This document shows, piece by piece, positions 63,690 through 64,000 of a stretch of DNA of 64,000 nucleotides (position 1 is the first letter of the stretch; the number at the start of each line of letters is the position of its first letter). The DNA is from Mobula hypostoma (lineage: Eukaryota). The stretch covers positions 89,344,001 to 89,408,000 of the forward strand of contig NC_086108.1 of assembly GCF_963921235.1 (NCBI RefSeq), written 5' to 3'. The notes beneath the pieces were generated by a model, which worked only from the letters and a program-made list of their open reading frames with translations, had not been told where the DNA came from and did no database searches. A program made the position numbers and the translations under genes.

Positions 63690-64000
63690 CAAAGCATTGG
63701 AACCAGATGGTGTGAACCCTAAGGTCCTGAAGGAGCGTGTTGAGCAGCTGTGTGAAGTTCTCCAGTGCATTTTCAGTCTGAGTCTCAGCCTGGGAAGTGT
63801 CCCATCTGTGTGGAAAACATCATGCGTAGTCCCAGTACCCAAGAAGGGCCAACAGGAAGTCTTGAATGATTGCTGGCCTTCATAACAAGGGGAATCGAGT
63901 ATAAGAGCAAAGAGGTCCTTCTGCAGCTGTACAGAGCCCTGGTGAGACCACACCTGGAGTACTGTGTGCAGTTTTGGTCTCCAAATTTGAGGAAGGACAT
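63690..64000 (+). mobile_element. Rex1/L2-like RT fragment (63690-63880) joined to a CR1 fragment (63880-64000)
   Basis: PDGVNPKVLK...VPSVWKTSCVVPVPKK, then LQLYRALVRPHLEYCVQFWSP. Confidence 0.8.

Noticed and set aside
1..64000. CRISPR arrays, operons or prokaryotic defence systems
   Set aside because: This is vertebrate DNA with no repeat-spacer arrays or gene-dense blocks

Overview
This is vertebrate genomic DNA, most likely from an elasmobranch (shark or ray). That inference rests on HE1/V-SINE-like SINEs, CR1 LINEs with (TTCTATG)n tails and abundant Penelope-like elements. Only one host coding exon is recognisable: the first coding exon of PLPPR4 (LPPR4/PRG-1) on the minus strand at 32126-32203 (MSSKERQKAKLTKESVTLLPCFYFVE, followed by a GTAAGT donor). 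It lies in a CpG-rich, transposon-poor promoter block. I found no downstream PLPPR4 exon by eye, so 1-32125 is probably intron 1 and 32.2-64 kb is upstream or intergenic DNA. The rest is a dense, nested mosaic of mobile elements: CR1, Rex1/Babar-like, RTE and HERO non-LTR fragments, Penelope-like elements with minimal hammerhead ribozyme motifs, tRNA-derived SINEs, an internally deleted Gypsy-type LTR element, Tc1 and mariner relics, and several MITEs. The most notable observations are: (1) a ~600-bp non-coding retroelement family with an HDV-ribozyme-like core whose 3' end is shared with a tRNA-headed SINE; (2) near-intact hammerhead motifs in sense orientation within the presumed PLPPR4 intron; (3) MITE and mariner elements carrying extra copies of their own termini. 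I see no clearly new protein-coding system. Most ORFs in the track are TE fragments or noise. TE boundaries were read by eye and are approximate unless a TSD is quoted.
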